A stretch of 64,000 bases of DNA from Mayamaea pseudoterrestris (taxonomy: Eukaryota), in the NCBI GenBank assembly GCA_027923505.1, contig BROI01000009.1, positions 620,001 to 684,000 of the forward strand, written 5' to 3'. Shown here in pieces: positions 11,793 through 24,157 of the stretch (positions are counted from its first letter, which is position 1; the number at the start of each line of letters is the position of its first letter). Both the position numbers and the translations under genes were made by a program. The notes below the pieces were generated by a model. The model was not told the DNA's origin. It did not search any database and saw only the letters and a list, made by a program, of their open reading frames with translations.

Positions 11793-12959
11793 ATGGACAA
11801 TTCAGTAGCAGAGGCTAACAGTAGCGGGGACGAGGAAAACGATGATACCATTGGAGACGAAACATTGTTGAACCACCTCAGCGACGGCCAAGCGGCACCT
11901 CTCGTTCAGCAAGCCGAAACGGCATGTAACGGCCGAGGCCATTGCAGCCATCAATCGTTTGTCGCCAGTGGTATGCGTAGCAACCGTGATGATCAGCCGA
12001 CATCTCCATTCATGCCATCAATGAGACGGAGAATACAAGCGTCGGCGTCGTCACGGAAAAGCTCGATGGATGACTTGAATCACATTGCCGACAATGTGAA
12101 GACACTGCCGCACCTTTCCGACGACGAGCGGCAGCGGCAAATGAGCATGATATACAGTCGCCGCAAGCGCCTTCGAGCCAAGCAACGTTTCGATCGGCTG
12201 GATCAGGAGTGTGCTCATTATCGATCAGCCAACGAGAACCTTCGCATTGAGAATGTGCGACTGGAAGCCATGCTGAAAAGCATCGTGGAGCAGATTGTCT
12301 CAAGCCATCCGTCACAGCAAAACACGCTGACAACTTTGCTCGATGCCACCAGTGCTGATCTGGAATCAAACTTTACACGGCAGGTGCAGCAGCCACCCTC
12401 CTTCATGAGCGCCTCGGCTGCCCCAACATCCGCAAATGAATACATGACAGCACTGTGGATGCAGCAACAACAGCAGCAGCACCAATCACCTCAACCCCCA
12501 CAGCAAATTCAACATCCCAGTTTAGTTCTTTCATCACTAATTGGACACGCTCTCGCGGGCGAGTCCTTGTCAACATTAAGTGCTCAACCAGTCGATCCAG
12601 CGTTCGCGGCAGGCCAACATCTTCCCGTACTACTCCCATATGCCAGGCGACCTACTGCGAACGAGCAAGGAGACTCCTGGCAGCAGTTACTGCAGCAGCA
12701 GCAAACACAAGAGGGAATGAATGGTTCGCAACATGTATCTGCAGGCTTACTTCATATAGAGCAGCAGGAGCTGATGCAAAAGCTACAAGATTCACAAATG
12801 AGCATGTTGCAGCAACAGCAGCAGCAATCAATGCCTTCGGTGTCGCAAACGTTTCCTTCCTTGCAGATGCTTGAATACGACGAAATGGACGAACAGGCTT
12901 TGCTTCTCGAACTTTTACGCCGGCGGCAATGCCATCAGGAGAGCGGTGGCAATAATTAG
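11793..12959 (+). CDS. bZIP transcription factor with glutamine-rich C-terminus
   Basis: Basic region RQRQMSMIYSRRKRLRAKQR followed by a heptad zipper (LDQECAHYRSANENLRIENVRLEAML) and several polyQ tracts. First ATG at 11793. Confidence 0.8.
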   Translation: MDNSVAEANSSGDEENDDTIGDETLLNHLSDGQAAPLVQQAETACNGRGHCSHQSFVASGMRSNRDDQPTSPFMPSMRRRIQASASSRKSSMDDLNHIADNVKTLPHLSDDERQRQMSMIYSRRKRLRAKQRFDRLDQECAHYRSANENLRIENVRLEAMLKSIVEQIVSSHPSQQNTLTTLLDATSADLESNFTRQVQQPPSFMSASAAPTSANEYMTALWMQQQQQQHQSPQPPQQIQHPSLVLSSLIGHALAGESLSTLSAQPVDPAFAAGQHLPVLLPYARRPTANEQGDSWQQLLQQQQTQEGMNGSQHVSAGLLHIEQQELMQKLQDSQMSMLQQQQQQSMPSVSQTFPSLQMLEYDEMDEQALLLELLRRRQCHQESGGNN

Positions 12960-13118
12960 GCATAATAACTTCTAGTAACGAAGGACGCTCTATTGTTAAC
13001 TTTCAATGTACTACGGTAGGCATTAAAGCAAGACTTTTGAATGACCGCTCTCTTTCTGATTTGTTGCAACAAAGCGTCAATTCTATGACGTGCAGATCAA
13101 CAGTAATGCGAGTTGCCA

Positions 13119-14594
13119 TCACGTTTGAACTTCGCAATTCCCGGCATTCAACAGTTCTCGCTTCCCGAATTGCTCCAAGGCATGTAGATTAAGCAAGACT
13201 GCTTCAGCCGGCCAGAGCTGGTCCACGGGAACGCCGGCGCGAATGCATAAGGAAACAACATTATGTTGAAGTAGTTGCCAAGCAATTCCAAAGTCTTCAG
13301 ATGACGTGCCTTGCGGTGTGAGCGCATAATATGAGCCTCCCTTTCTCATTGGCGATGCTGTAGAAGTGGTGTCCGAGGATTTTAATTTTGTTGTAGGATC
13401 GTCTTGCAAAATGGCAGCTTGTGCATGCCTAATCCGCTGCTGCACGAGAAGGGGATCCATGGACAGTGGCTTTGATGACAGTGATGGAGATTTGTTCGGC
13501 AAGGATTCTATCAAGGGATGCGCCGGTGCGGTAGAGCCAGATGATGTCGCCGTAATGGCCCGCCGCAACATGGACTTGGACTGGCTCAATATTGAACCCA
13601 TTAACGCGGACGAAGCCGTCGAGGCGGAGACTAGCAAGCTGCCACTCAAATCGTTCCCTTGTGATTGTACAGTTACGTTTGTCGCAGAGTCTTGCTCCAC
13701 GTCAGATGCCATGTGAATGATATCCGTTTCATCCTTGCCAGTAGCCGCCGACGCCAGCGGTGGCTGCAACCAAATAGGATGTGGGAGCGGCACGCCCAAG
13801 CACTGTGCCACCAGCTTTGTGACGGAGGCGACGAGTCGCAATGCACTCGTCAATTCCATTTCCGGCAGTACGCCAAACAATTCCGGTCCAGCGTGAGGCA
13901 AGACGAGACCAGATATCTTACCAATTCCACGCGCCGTTCGCCGGTGTGATTGCCGCATCGTTGTCGACGTTGATGTCGAACTAGCACCGTCAGCATCTTC
14001 TTTTCTTTGCTGCTGCTGCTCGTACTCTCGCACTTTAGGTAGCTGAACATCGAGCCGATGAATCTCCAGTGCTTGCAGCGCCCAGCTCCATCGCAATAAA
14101 TGGGCGCGATGTTCGGCTTCACGAATGCCTTCGCCAAGGCTTGGTAAAACAGAGTCTTGGAGTCGAATCAAGCGCTCTCGCGCTATTGTTGTTGAAGTAT
14201 TAATTCTTGAATTCTCATTCTTGCCATCTGGTGCGCCCATATGCTCCCTGCTCGTCGCTTGACGCGTGACTGCTTGATCACCTCCCATCATCATTCGAAC
14301 GCGCTCGCGCTTGTCATCTAGCTCAACATTCTTCCTCGCTACCCGCAAAGCCAAGTCAGCTTGGCGTTCCTGCAGCTTTCGTAGCTTCTTTCGCAATTGC
14401 TCGGCTTGGTCTTGGAGTTTCTCAAACTCGTAGACAACAGTTGCTGGTCGATAATTGCTTGCCGCCTCTTCACGAAGTTGCAGGGCGCGCTGTCGAGCTT
14501 GATGGGCTGGTAGGAGTCTACGTCGAACACATGCAACGCATAGAGCACGGTTTTCTTGACAAGGGCAAGTTGTCATGGTAGTTTTAGATTCCAT
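13119..14594 (-). CDS. ATG14/UVRAG(Vps38)-family PI3K complex subunit-like protein
   Basis: N-terminal CxC..CxxC, long coiled coil, then SALRLVASVTKLVAQCLGVPLPHPI and FGIAWQLLQHNVVSLC, which resemble the BARA-type domain of this family. Confidence 0.7.
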   Translation of the reverse strand: MESKTTMTTCPCQENRALCVACVRRRLLPAHQARQRALQLREEAASNYRPATVVYEFEKLQDQAEQLRKKLRKLQERQADLALRVARKNVELDDKRERVRMMMGGDQAVTRQATSREHMGAPDGKNENSRINTSTTIARERLIRLQDSVLPSLGEGIREAEHRAHLLRWSWALQALEIHRLDVQLPKVREYEQQQQRKEDADGASSTSTSTTMRQSHRRTARGIGKISGLVLPHAGPELFGVLPEMELTSALRLVASVTKLVAQCLGVPLPHPIWLQPPLASAATGKDETDIIHMASDVEQDSATNVTVQSQGNDLSGSLLVSASTASSALMGSILSQSKSMLRRAITATSSGSTAPAHPLIESLPNKSPSLSSKPLSMDPLLVQQRIRHAQAAILQDDPTTKLKSSDTTSTASPMRKGGSYYALTPQGTSSEDFGIAWQLLQHNVVSLCIRAGVPVDQLWPAEAVLLNLHALEQFGKRELLNAGNCEVQT

Positions 14595-14863
14595 GAAGAG
14601 CTACATCGACACAGGTTTGATTGTTCACCATGCTTGTGACGAGCTGCGACGGAATTTCTGAGCAAACAACTCGAGTCGCGGAAGGACAGCTTACTTATAG
14701 CGATTTTAAGCTATCTGGACTACCATAGGTAGGTACTTTACGAACGTCATGGATATTCAAGTTTCAGCTTACAAGATAACTAAACAAGCAAAAAGCTTTT
14801 GTTCAACAGGCAAGACATGTGGATTTTTAACGCAGGTTAAACCACAACGAACTGCAACTATCG

Positions 14864-17800
14864 TCAATGTTCTATCGACGAGAGCGCCGACGCCGCAAGC
14901 GAGACGAAGATATCGTCGTTCATCCCATGACTATTTCGTTGACAGGCAAGATCGGTCTTGTGCAGGCATTCCATGACGTCCGCATCAACCGCGTCCATAT
15001 CCGACCAGGCGATGAAAAGTCGGTGTACAAAGTTTGACACATTAGAAGACATTTTTTCACGCGTACAAAATGCTGCTAGGTTGCCTGGAAGCTCAGTCAT
15101 TGCTTGCTCCAACATGTGCACCAGTTTACTGCTATCCATCAAGCTTAATAACCCAGAAGCCGTGATGTAGAGGAAACCAAGCGTCAATTCGTCTCCGACT
15201 GGTTCAGATCGACACCAATATGCAATCATTATCGCCAGCCACTGGACTCCAAGTCGGGTTCCACATGATTTGAAAGTGAGTAGCGCCTCCAGCGCCTTAA
15301 GAAGACGTGCGCACTTGACCGGGGTACTCTCATGAATGGACAAGTTAGCAAAGGATGCGACAATCAAATGGAGCGATTCGCGATCGGATTCGGCAATTGG
15401 GGAGTTACATTTTTGTACCAGCCAAGCACCAATAATGGTCAGTTCCTCCGACATGCGGGTAAAGTAGTTTTGTTCCATCTACAACGAAGAGACAAAATAA
15501 GGTTAGGGTCGGTTTGGTGTAGACGGACTAGTATTAAGCGAGGTGACAGCAAATGGCTGGATAATCTTACCATTGTCAGCATAGAGATCACCTTCTTCGA
15601 CTCGGGTCCAAATCCATCAAAAGATCTGCTGACATTAAAGAACTCGCATTCTTCAAGCGAAGCACGGGGTATGGCTCCCAGACACAATGTATATCGCTCG
15701 ATCAGCGACGGCTTGGAATTGTCACACTTAGCCCGCAGCATCGTCAGTGGTAGGTCTAAAACATCCTCAGTTATTATTCCCATAATGAGTCGTCGTAGTG
15801 CGTTTGTCAACTTTGGTGGCAGACTGGTGCTGGATAAGATTTCTTTTGTGCTCGCCAAGAAAGTGCCAACTAGCTCCATGTTTTGATGTCTGTCGGCAAA
15901 GCAGTTGCGCCAAATATTTTCGAAGGTCGAGTATCCATCCGATGGCATCTTTTGTGCAATGCCAGGTAGAGTCGACACAAACATCGTCAATGCATTGCCA
16001 GCGCGAACGTATCCATGCCACTCCTCGCTCGAAAGATTCGCGAGCTTGAGAGCCATGCCCACGTAGTCCTTCGCGTCATATGCGGCTCGGCGTCGGCCTT
16101 TTAATTGAGAGCAGAGCAATGATATGCATCGTTCGGTAACAGTAACTTTCTTTAGCTGCATCAAGGGTTCCAAAAAACAAGAGACAAATTGTCCAGGTAG
16201 AGTGATTGCCTCCAAAACTGCAATCGAAATTGTCAATGACTCGTCTTCAAAAGCGAATGAGACGGTTCTCGCATCAGTGTGGCGTACTAAGGCAGCAAAG
16301 GACTTTGAATTTGATTGCAGTTCAATTTCATCAATTACACCTGCCAAGAAGGTACCACTTTGCGGCCTCGGGATGCTATCAAAATTTAACAAACAGCCTT
16401 TATCCGGCTGAGCGAGTGAGGGCTGAAGCACTTCCTGCGGAAGCGATGCTGCAATCACTTTTGATTCTCGCTCATCTCGTAAAGATGACAAAAGAGCCAA
16501 GAGTATTATCGCCATGTCAGAGTATTTGCTTTCTGTCTCATTAGCGGCCGCCCTTATAATTTCGACTATGCTTTCATGGTCTGCCGCGCCCAGCAGCCGT
16601 CGCTGCACTTCGATTGGGGCAGTGAAGTAAGATGCACCAAGACATGGCAAGGGCGCGATCTGATTAAAAATCGATATAATTGATGTTACGCAACCATCTT
16701 CATCGAACAAGTCCCGATTGCCGACGAGATTTCGTCGAAGGCCGTGCGATGTGGACTTGACGGTAGTTCCATTCAGGGCGAAAAATATATCTTCCAGACC
16801 TTCCGAGTCCAACTCGGTTCTCTCGTCCGTAATTTTAGACTCAAAGCTGGAACCAAAGCTTTTATATATATGTGATAGTTCCTCGGGACTAAACAACGCT
16901 GCGTCCTCGCATGCTCGGAGCATAGGAGGAAATGCGATGCCTTTTCCGCCTCCCCATTCAAATGCCTCCATCATCCGGAGCGCAGCCAAAAGTAGCGCTC
17001 CATTGATAACGGCTAGTCCGGGAAGGCACACGGCACAGCTTATAAACAAGTAACGTGCCACAACGGATTTAGTCATAAGGAGCGAGATGCTGTTAGAGTC
17101 GAGGTCAGACATGGATACGACAAGATCAGAAGTTGCATCGCCATTTTTTAAGCAATCGACGAAACGATGCAAACTCTCATCGCATTCCTCGTAGCAATCG
17201 AGAAGTTCTTCAACGAGGAAGCCGCAGATTCTGTAAATTAGATCTTTTACCTCATCGACAACTGGAAAAAATACATCGGAATTACAAAATCTTTGTAGCG
17301 CTTGACCGATAAGAGCAAGGCCATAGAAAGCCCCGAAAGTCCTCTGACCTCCATACCCTCGAACGGTTTGCTCAAGAATATTGATAATGTCGTTTACCCT
17401 TTCCAATGAGCCATATCGAAGGGTACTCACTGCAACGACACTAATACAGATCTTGGCAACGTCGTCCTTTTGAAACCTCTGGTTCATGTAAGCATCAAGC
17501 ACCACTAAACATAATTCCTCAACGTAAGGCTTTGTCGATTCCCCTTCTCGAAGATGATGGGGAATGTAAATGCTTAATGAGGCGAATGCCAGGTACATGG
17601 TGTCTGGAGTTACGAAAACTTCATACCAAGATCCAACTTCAGTCAGGACTTCGCCAATGCCGCCCTTGCCCTCAATTTTGGAAAGAACACTGACCGCAAG
17701 ATGAAGGTAACCTTGAAGGGCAAAAACCATCCAGAGCGGATCAGCAGACTCAAAAGCTGCATCTCCGTTATCCCTCAATGCCGACAATTGACTACCATCT

Positions 17801-20733
17801 GAAACCAAGAGAAGTGCGATCGATGCCCCTGGAGATGATCGATCAATTGCTAACTCGCGGACTTCGGCCGGTAATGGCAGTCCAGAAAGGACGCCAGGCT
17901 TAAGAGAATCCGTCATGGTAGCAATGACATCAACAGTCTGGCGTCGGTCTCTTTTCTTCCAAATGACATAGCCAATTGCATCTTCTTCCAGGCAGAGTAT
18001 TCTGCGCGCGAACTGAACTATCGGGTTTTCAGTCGATTTAATGACTGTCGACAATGGCCGCTTTATACCTGCCAATGCCACATCTCGAATCGCCATGTAT
18101 CTTGCCAGCGATCTTGGCGGCGGCGCTTTGGATACGCCTTCAAGTGCGGCTTCGGAAGCGACGGCGCTTTTTATATTGTCAATATCCATTTCCAGCGCCT
18201 TAGCCGAGTACTTACCAAGCGCTTTATAAACGTTGATTCTCACTCTTTCTTGAGTCGCATGCAATTTGTTCTTTTGACTCAGCCAAATGCCAAGATGCAA
18301 GAGAGTTTCAATGGCCCCGCTAACTTGAGGCGAAACAGTCTTCGTCGCAGAATCACCTATTTCGTCTTCCTGGCTGCTTTCGCTAGCGTCACTTTCGCCA
18401 TCTCCCAACAGCAAAGCAAGTGACTCCTGCACCACAGGTGTAAGCTTTGTAACTGCCCCTAGATCAGCGATATTGCACAACCGTTTGTTTAAAACCTTAA
18501 TGACGACATCAAAATCAAGCTCTTGCGCTATCACAAGGTAATGTAACGTCAAGATAGCGTAATGGATTAGCAGGGAGTGCATGCCGGTGTCCTCCTTCTC
18601 AGTAAGCAGCGCCTGGACCCAACCAATTACATCGGACACATCGCGAATTAAGTCGTCGCGGGCCAGGTCCGAGAGTGTAGCAGCCACCGCCAATCGAATT
18701 TCAACCTGTTTGTTGGCGATCAGAGCGCCTAATAAATCAATGATTCGCCGGTACAATCGTTTATTGGACTCGCATAGCTTGGAAAGCTTCCTAATAATGA
18801 AGATTTTAATTGTCACGGGAACCGAGTCTTCCGTCATCTTCATGCCCACCATGTTAAATACTTCCTGTCCGCAAAGTGGATCCCGAACTATGGGTCCGCA
18901 GAGAAAACTCAGGTAGAGGTCGAGTGTTTTAGCGCTGCCCTTTTGCGCCGTTGTGTTGATGCGATCTATTATGATGGGTAAAAGTGAAATACCAATATGC
19001 GGATAATGGTCCAAAACGCTTGATAAAAACTTTATCCCCTTTTCGAGTCGTTCATGGCGACCATCCGTCATAATGGCAAGGCCAAACATCATTACAGCAA
19101 CTTGGTGCGTCGGCGACAGACGAACATTCTCAAAGTCTGCTGTGTAAGTCAACTGGTCGATTATGGCAGCGTATGCATCAATTTTCAAGCAGTCAATCAA
19201 AGACGTTGTATGATACTGCGATGTTTCGGGCTCATTTGACGGAGACAGTGTACCACTGGTTTGCTTTCGCAGAGCATTTATCAGCTCCACAGGTTGGCTT
19301 CCACTCCCATCGTCTTGGCTTGCCACGATTGTGGCCATGTTTAAAAGTACAAATCGGCCTGTCTCATTCGTAGGCGCACAGTGCAAGAGTAATTCCAACA
19401 AACTGATCTTCGTCTCGAGCGACAGGAGTGTGAGCATGCTTGTCGCTAACCTTAGCGTCGTAGCATTGTCCATTAAAAAGTGCGACTTGTTTACATTCTC
19501 TAGCATGGCTTGCAATGCTCCTTGAATGGCCGGTATCAAGAGACTCGTATTGGCGACGAGAGCATTATTGTTTGGAACTCGCAGCAATTGCGGCAAGATA
19601 TCGTGGAGGATTATACACATCCATGGCTTCAGTAGCTGGTACAGACGAATTAAATTTTGTGAGCTGGACGCCAGGCGTTGCTGGTGTATCAACTCCTGCT
19701 GCGCAAATTGGAGTTCCTCTCGCTCGTCCTCCCCTTCCTGTTGAAACCTTGCAATCGCCGCTTGCGCCAAGAACGCTAGTTCCGACAGCCAATTTTCGGC
19801 CAAATCGAGCGCCATGTCGCGTGTTTCTCGCAAATGAGCGTGGCAGTCCAAGTAGAGTTGCAAAGCCTTGGTCATCCACTGCAGCAGAAGCACGCAGTCG
19901 GGTATAACAGCCAGACACGTCGGACTACTCGTCCACGCCATCCACAAGTATCGCAACAGGATATGAACAGCCATTTGATGCTGCTGCGTTTGATTAGCTG
20001 CTGTAGACGAATCGTCTCGTAAGCAACTTTTGTACAATATGACAGCCAAGTAGGGACTAGCGACGCCAATAATGCGTGTCGCTGGGGGTTGTGTACTCGC
20101 CTTTGGAGTCGCAGGATTCATAATAAGTGTAGCATCCTCAATCGCCAGGTGTAGAATCGTCTTCCAAACTGCCATTTTGGTGCTTATCCAGTGAAGCTGG
20201 TGAAAGGTTGTAACGTCGAGTGCATCATCAGACTGTTGTTGATTTTGCGCCTGTGACTGCTGGAGCCTTAGCAGGTACGAATATACGCCAAACGCTCGCA
20301 CGCAAGCATCCAAACTCAAAGATTCTCCTGTATTTGTCGTTCGTTTAACAAGAGTGTCTTCCAGCTGAAGAATCCACTTGGCGAGCCACGAGTAATCGGA
20401 TAGTGACGAAGTACTTGGTCCCCCTGGCTGCTGATTCGTCGTCGAAAACTGATGTTGCTGCCATAATCGGTGCGCCACGCTCATGAGCATGGCATGAGCA
20501 ACACTAGCTGGAAGGTTCCCGCTATGAAGCGTCTTTAAAAGCTGTCCTTCGGTCGATGCGTTCAACTGTAGAGCTAGCGCGCGGCCAAGCGACAGAGTCG
20601 CTGCGTCTGGCGGTCGATTGGCAGCTGTATTGGCACCGTTGCTGTGAAAATGACGAGCGCATCGCAGTAAGAGCTTGTCGAGTGGAGTATTGGAGGTGCT
20701 ACTGGCGTTTCTGGAGGAGGAAGATGCCGTCAT
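14864..20733 (-). CDS. Large alpha-solenoid protein, focadhesin/RST1-like (exons 20733-15571, 15478-14864)
   Basis: Leucine-rich helical protein of about 1900 aa. EIRLAVAATLSDLARD and AILTLHYLVIAQELDFDVVIKVL resemble DUF3730. Intron 15570-15479 (GTAAGA...TAG) joins the ORFs in frame. Confidence 0.65.
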
Positions 20734-20896
20734 GGCTGGTGGATATTGTTGCTACCGGTAGATTTGTGTGTCATGGTCGCAGTCGCAACCAAGAAAAAAT
20801 GATCGTGTCGTAGCAGTCTCAACTGTTCACTATGGCGTAAAAAAATGTACTGTCAAAACCCCGCCGATGTGCCACTGTGGCTTTAAGTGTACACAT

Positions 20897-21125
20897 AAAT
20901 GTCAATGAAAATCAAAGTAATTGGCATGTAGCGTAAAGTGTGCCATAAAAATGTCAATGAAAATCAAAGTTATTGGCACTGCAGCGTAAGTGTACTATAA
21001 AATGTCAATAAAAATCAAAGTTATTGGCACTGTAGCGTAAAGTGTACGAAAAAATGTCAATGAAAATCAAAGTTATTGACACTGTAGCGTAAAGTGTGAT
21101 GCCAAAAACATTGATTTTCAAAGTT
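20897..21125. repeat. Tandem array of a ~52-bp unit x4 followed by an inverted partial copy (repeat family A)
   Basis: aaatgtcaatgaaaatcaaagttattggcactgtagcgtaaagtgt... starts at 20897, 20949, 21000 and 21052. It is followed by gccaaaaacattgattttcaaagtt, the reverse complement of the core. Confidence 0.95.
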
Positions 21126-21241
21126 GGAGGCGAAGCGACATACGAAGCAAAGACGTGCACGACCAAGGAAGATATTATCTGATCCGATGTGCACGACCAA
21201 ATCCATCTCATACCGTAGAAATACGATATTATGATACTGTA

Positions 21242-22060
21242 ATGATGCGACAATTCCTGTTGAGGAGTCAGAATCGCTTTCCTGTATCTCGATCGCGAAT
21301 AATCCATCTAAAAATTGGCCATCAACCAAGGAGCGCCTTTATCAAAGAAAAATGTCCGTCGACATCAGCTGTAGCAACAGCAGTTAAAACAGACTGTCCG
21401 ATGACACGAAAATACGCAGAGTCGGGTTCTTGCGGAAAATTATTTCGCGACTGGTATGCTTGTAATGACGACAAAGCAGCACCCAAACTCTTTCAAGACT
21501 GGTTGCAATGTCTGGAAGACCACGACAACGAAGAACAGTTGGATTCCTTCTTTCGTTTTCCAGCTTCTGCAGGTGACCAAAAAGGAGATGCAAATGTAGA
21601 TGCAACTAAAGATTATTCAGAAGCCGATCCTGTGACACATCTCCCATTCGACGTCGACAATCGAGTACGGGCGGCCTGGGAAACATTAATTCAAGTCGAC
21701 CTTGCCAATCTATGTGCTGTTCCCTTTCCTGATTCATTACGTCCTCGCATCGAGTGGACGCCATCAGGTAAAGTCACAATACTCTTTCGGAACGATTTAT
21801 CACATAATGTAGAGGCAATGTTTGTACAGTCTTCGTCGCAGAACAAATCAAACACAAGTAATGCCAACAACAATTTCCCACAGAGAACACATTTACTCGC
21901 TGCTGCGGCTCCACACAATCTGGTCGCTCAGCGCATCTTGTCTTTTCAATTGTCGCCAACAACTTCTCCAACGAATCTGCATGTTTCGGCCGTATATGAA
22001 ACGACTCTTGTTGCGAGTAAGGAGCTTAACAAGGAACCCTCTCCTTTGGAAGTACTCTAA
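21242..22060 (+). CDS. Hypothetical protein with GCK/CHCH-like cysteine motif, possibly mitochondrial
   Basis: Arg/Ser-rich N-terminus lacking acidic residues (MMRQFLLRSQNRFPVSRSR). CPMTRKYAESGSCGKLFRDWYAC...WLQCLEDH resembles the GCK domain. Confidence 0.55.
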   Translation: MMRQFLLRSQNRFPVSRSRIIHLKIGHQPRSAFIKEKCPSTSAVATAVKTDCPMTRKYAESGSCGKLFRDWYACNDDKAAPKLFQDWLQCLEDHDNEEQLDSFFRFPASAGDQKGDANVDATKDYSEADPVTHLPFDVDNRVRAAWETLIQVDLANLCAVPFPDSLRPRIEWTPSGKVTILFRNDLSHNVEAMFVQSSSQNKSNTSNANNNFPQRTHLLAAAAPHNLVAQRILSFQLSPTTSPTNLHVSAVYETTLVASKELNKEPSPLEVL

Positions 22061-22350
22061 ACGCTGCAAATCACGAATCCCAACCAAACGCTCGACAAGG
22101 ATGCTGATGGAATTGCTCGTATGTAAGAAAACGTTATTAATTAACTAAACCGAATTATGCCATCATCGACGAGCACAATTTGAACCAATGGATATGTTGT
22201 CGACGGAACGAAAGCACGCAGCCGATGATCGTTGACTGCGGAAGTAGGTGTCAGGAAGTTTGAATCACATCGGCACGATCTGTAACTGAACAATGTACTA
22301 AACATACGTAGATTAAAATGTTAATCTTGCTGTACTATAGCACGTATCGA

Positions 22351-24157
22351 TTAGTATTCCACAGCTGCTCCGGCTCGTGTGTGTCGGTTGTTCTCATTCG
22401 CATTCCCTCCTCCATTATTTGCACTAGTGGTAGCAACATTGACATTGTTGCCACTCGCACCCTTGCGCTGATTTCGCATCGATCTATTCCTCGTTGTGAC
22501 GCTGCACTGTCGACCTGTGGCGTCGCACTTGCGGCAGGGAATCGTCTCAAAACTGGCTCGACCGTGGATCACGTCAAAGCTGACGCCGAAACTGCCAGAG
22601 TACAATTGTTCAAGCGCTGCAAACTCGGAAACCGTCAATATTTCAACGACAATGTGGTTCTCACGATCCAGCAGGTCGTTTCTGGAGAGGTTATTGCCAT
22701 TGCCAACAGGAGCTGGAGGAATCAGGGGCGGCTGCGGTGGCTGTTGCACTCTTCGACGCTGCTGTTCCATACTCAACATGGCAGCTAACTGAAGGTTAAC
22801 TTCAGCGTTAGACAAGCCAGCCGCGCGAAGCGCTTGAATTGAAGCGTCATCTGGCCCTTGGCCCGGAATAAAGGCAGGTCGGGCTTCTGGCGGCTGCAAA
22901 ACCGCTGCACCACTTGCATAAGTCACGCTGTCTAGTAGCTGCTGCGCGTGACCTTGCAAGTACAATTCAACGTGCGGTGGCAAGAGCGGCATGCCATGAG
23001 CTGCGCAGAGAATGCTCCCCGCGTGAGGCGGTCCGCAAGGCGCTTGTCCGGTGCGAATCCACCGTCTCCAACCGTGACACCAAGCTCGGGGCAGCAAAAA
23101 ATAAGTACCATCCTGCAGTGGGCAGTGTGGTCCTTCTATAACGGCTGGCATCTTTAGGTCGCAAAGAATGAGATGCGAAAAGTCGGACGCACTTGCAGCT
23201 TCATCAGTAGGTGGAACCTCCACTTCTTGAAGCAACATGTGCACGGGTATTCCTCTCGTTCTCGTGTAAAATCGCCGCACTTCAGTGTCCTGGAGCTGTC
23301 ATATAATGCAGAAAATCGCATTAGTTAACTTATTTATAAGAAGGAGAAACACACGAAATCATTCAACTCACTGGTTCCTTCCTAGCTTTTGTTTCCTTCT
23401 CCTTCATGTCCAGGTCATGCTTTTGCTGCATCTCTCTTTCCAATGAACATTGCAAACACTCTCCAATGGCGGTTGCCAGTTGTGTGGAGTCGGGATATAG
23501 CTTTTTGAGCATGCGCCATGCGTGCTTGTCGAGTCGTCGGGCGCTCCTTGTTTTGCTGCAAGCCATGTGATTGTGCTCGCACAAGAGATCCGAGTTGACA
23601 TTGGGCCATGGAGGACTCGCTTCGCTAAGTTTGCGTTGCTGCAATCGAGTCTTTTTCTTGGACATCTTTTTACAGGACGCGGCAGGCGAAACAATTTCTT
23701 GTTGTTGCTGCTGCTGCGTTTCGAGCCACCTTAGAGCGTGTCGGCACCAGCTCTTGCTGACGAAAAAGCTGCCCGTCGACGGTTCGGGTCGCTGTAGCGC
23801 TCTAGTGACAGCTCTCATTTCCATAAAGCGCAATTGGCGAAAAGTCAAAAGAGTTCTTGATGTGGAAGTGATTGTAACGTCTTCTGTTTTGGTGGTGTTA
23901 ATGCTGGTAACTCTTGCCTGCTTCTTCTTGGATGCAGGACTAACAATGGCCGTCTCCTCGTCATCCTTGGCGTCGTAAATTTCGCGAAACTTTAAAACAG
24001 TTGCATCCACCAAGTCAGCATTGCTGTAATAGTGACACGTTTGCTGAACGGCGCCCAAGTCGTAGGCGCGGAGATATGTGAGCCAGTGAACTTGAATCTC
24101 AAACGCCAAGGAAAGCAACGGATTATCAAAGTTTGCAGTGTTACTTGGATCTGGCAT
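22351..24157 (-). CDS. F-box-like plus tandem DUSP-like (USP48-type) domain protein (exons 24157-23372, 23295-22351)
   Basis: F-box-like LLSLAFEIQVHWLTYLRAYDLGAVQQTC. DUSP-like FFVSKSW...NSDLLCEH...AWRMLKKLYP..CLQC and YFLLPRAWCHGWRRWI...SILCAAHG. Intron 23371-23296 (GTGAGT...CAG) joins the two ORFs in frame. Confidence 0.7.

Noticed and set aside
20897..21125. CRISPR-like array
   Set aside because: Units abut directly with only a few variable bases. There are no unique spacers or cas genes, and the context is eukaryotic.
21155..21200. 12-bp direct repeat gtgcacgaccaa (21155 and 21189) as a target-site duplication
   Set aside because: Both copies are on the same side of the array, 34 bp apart, so they do not flank an element.
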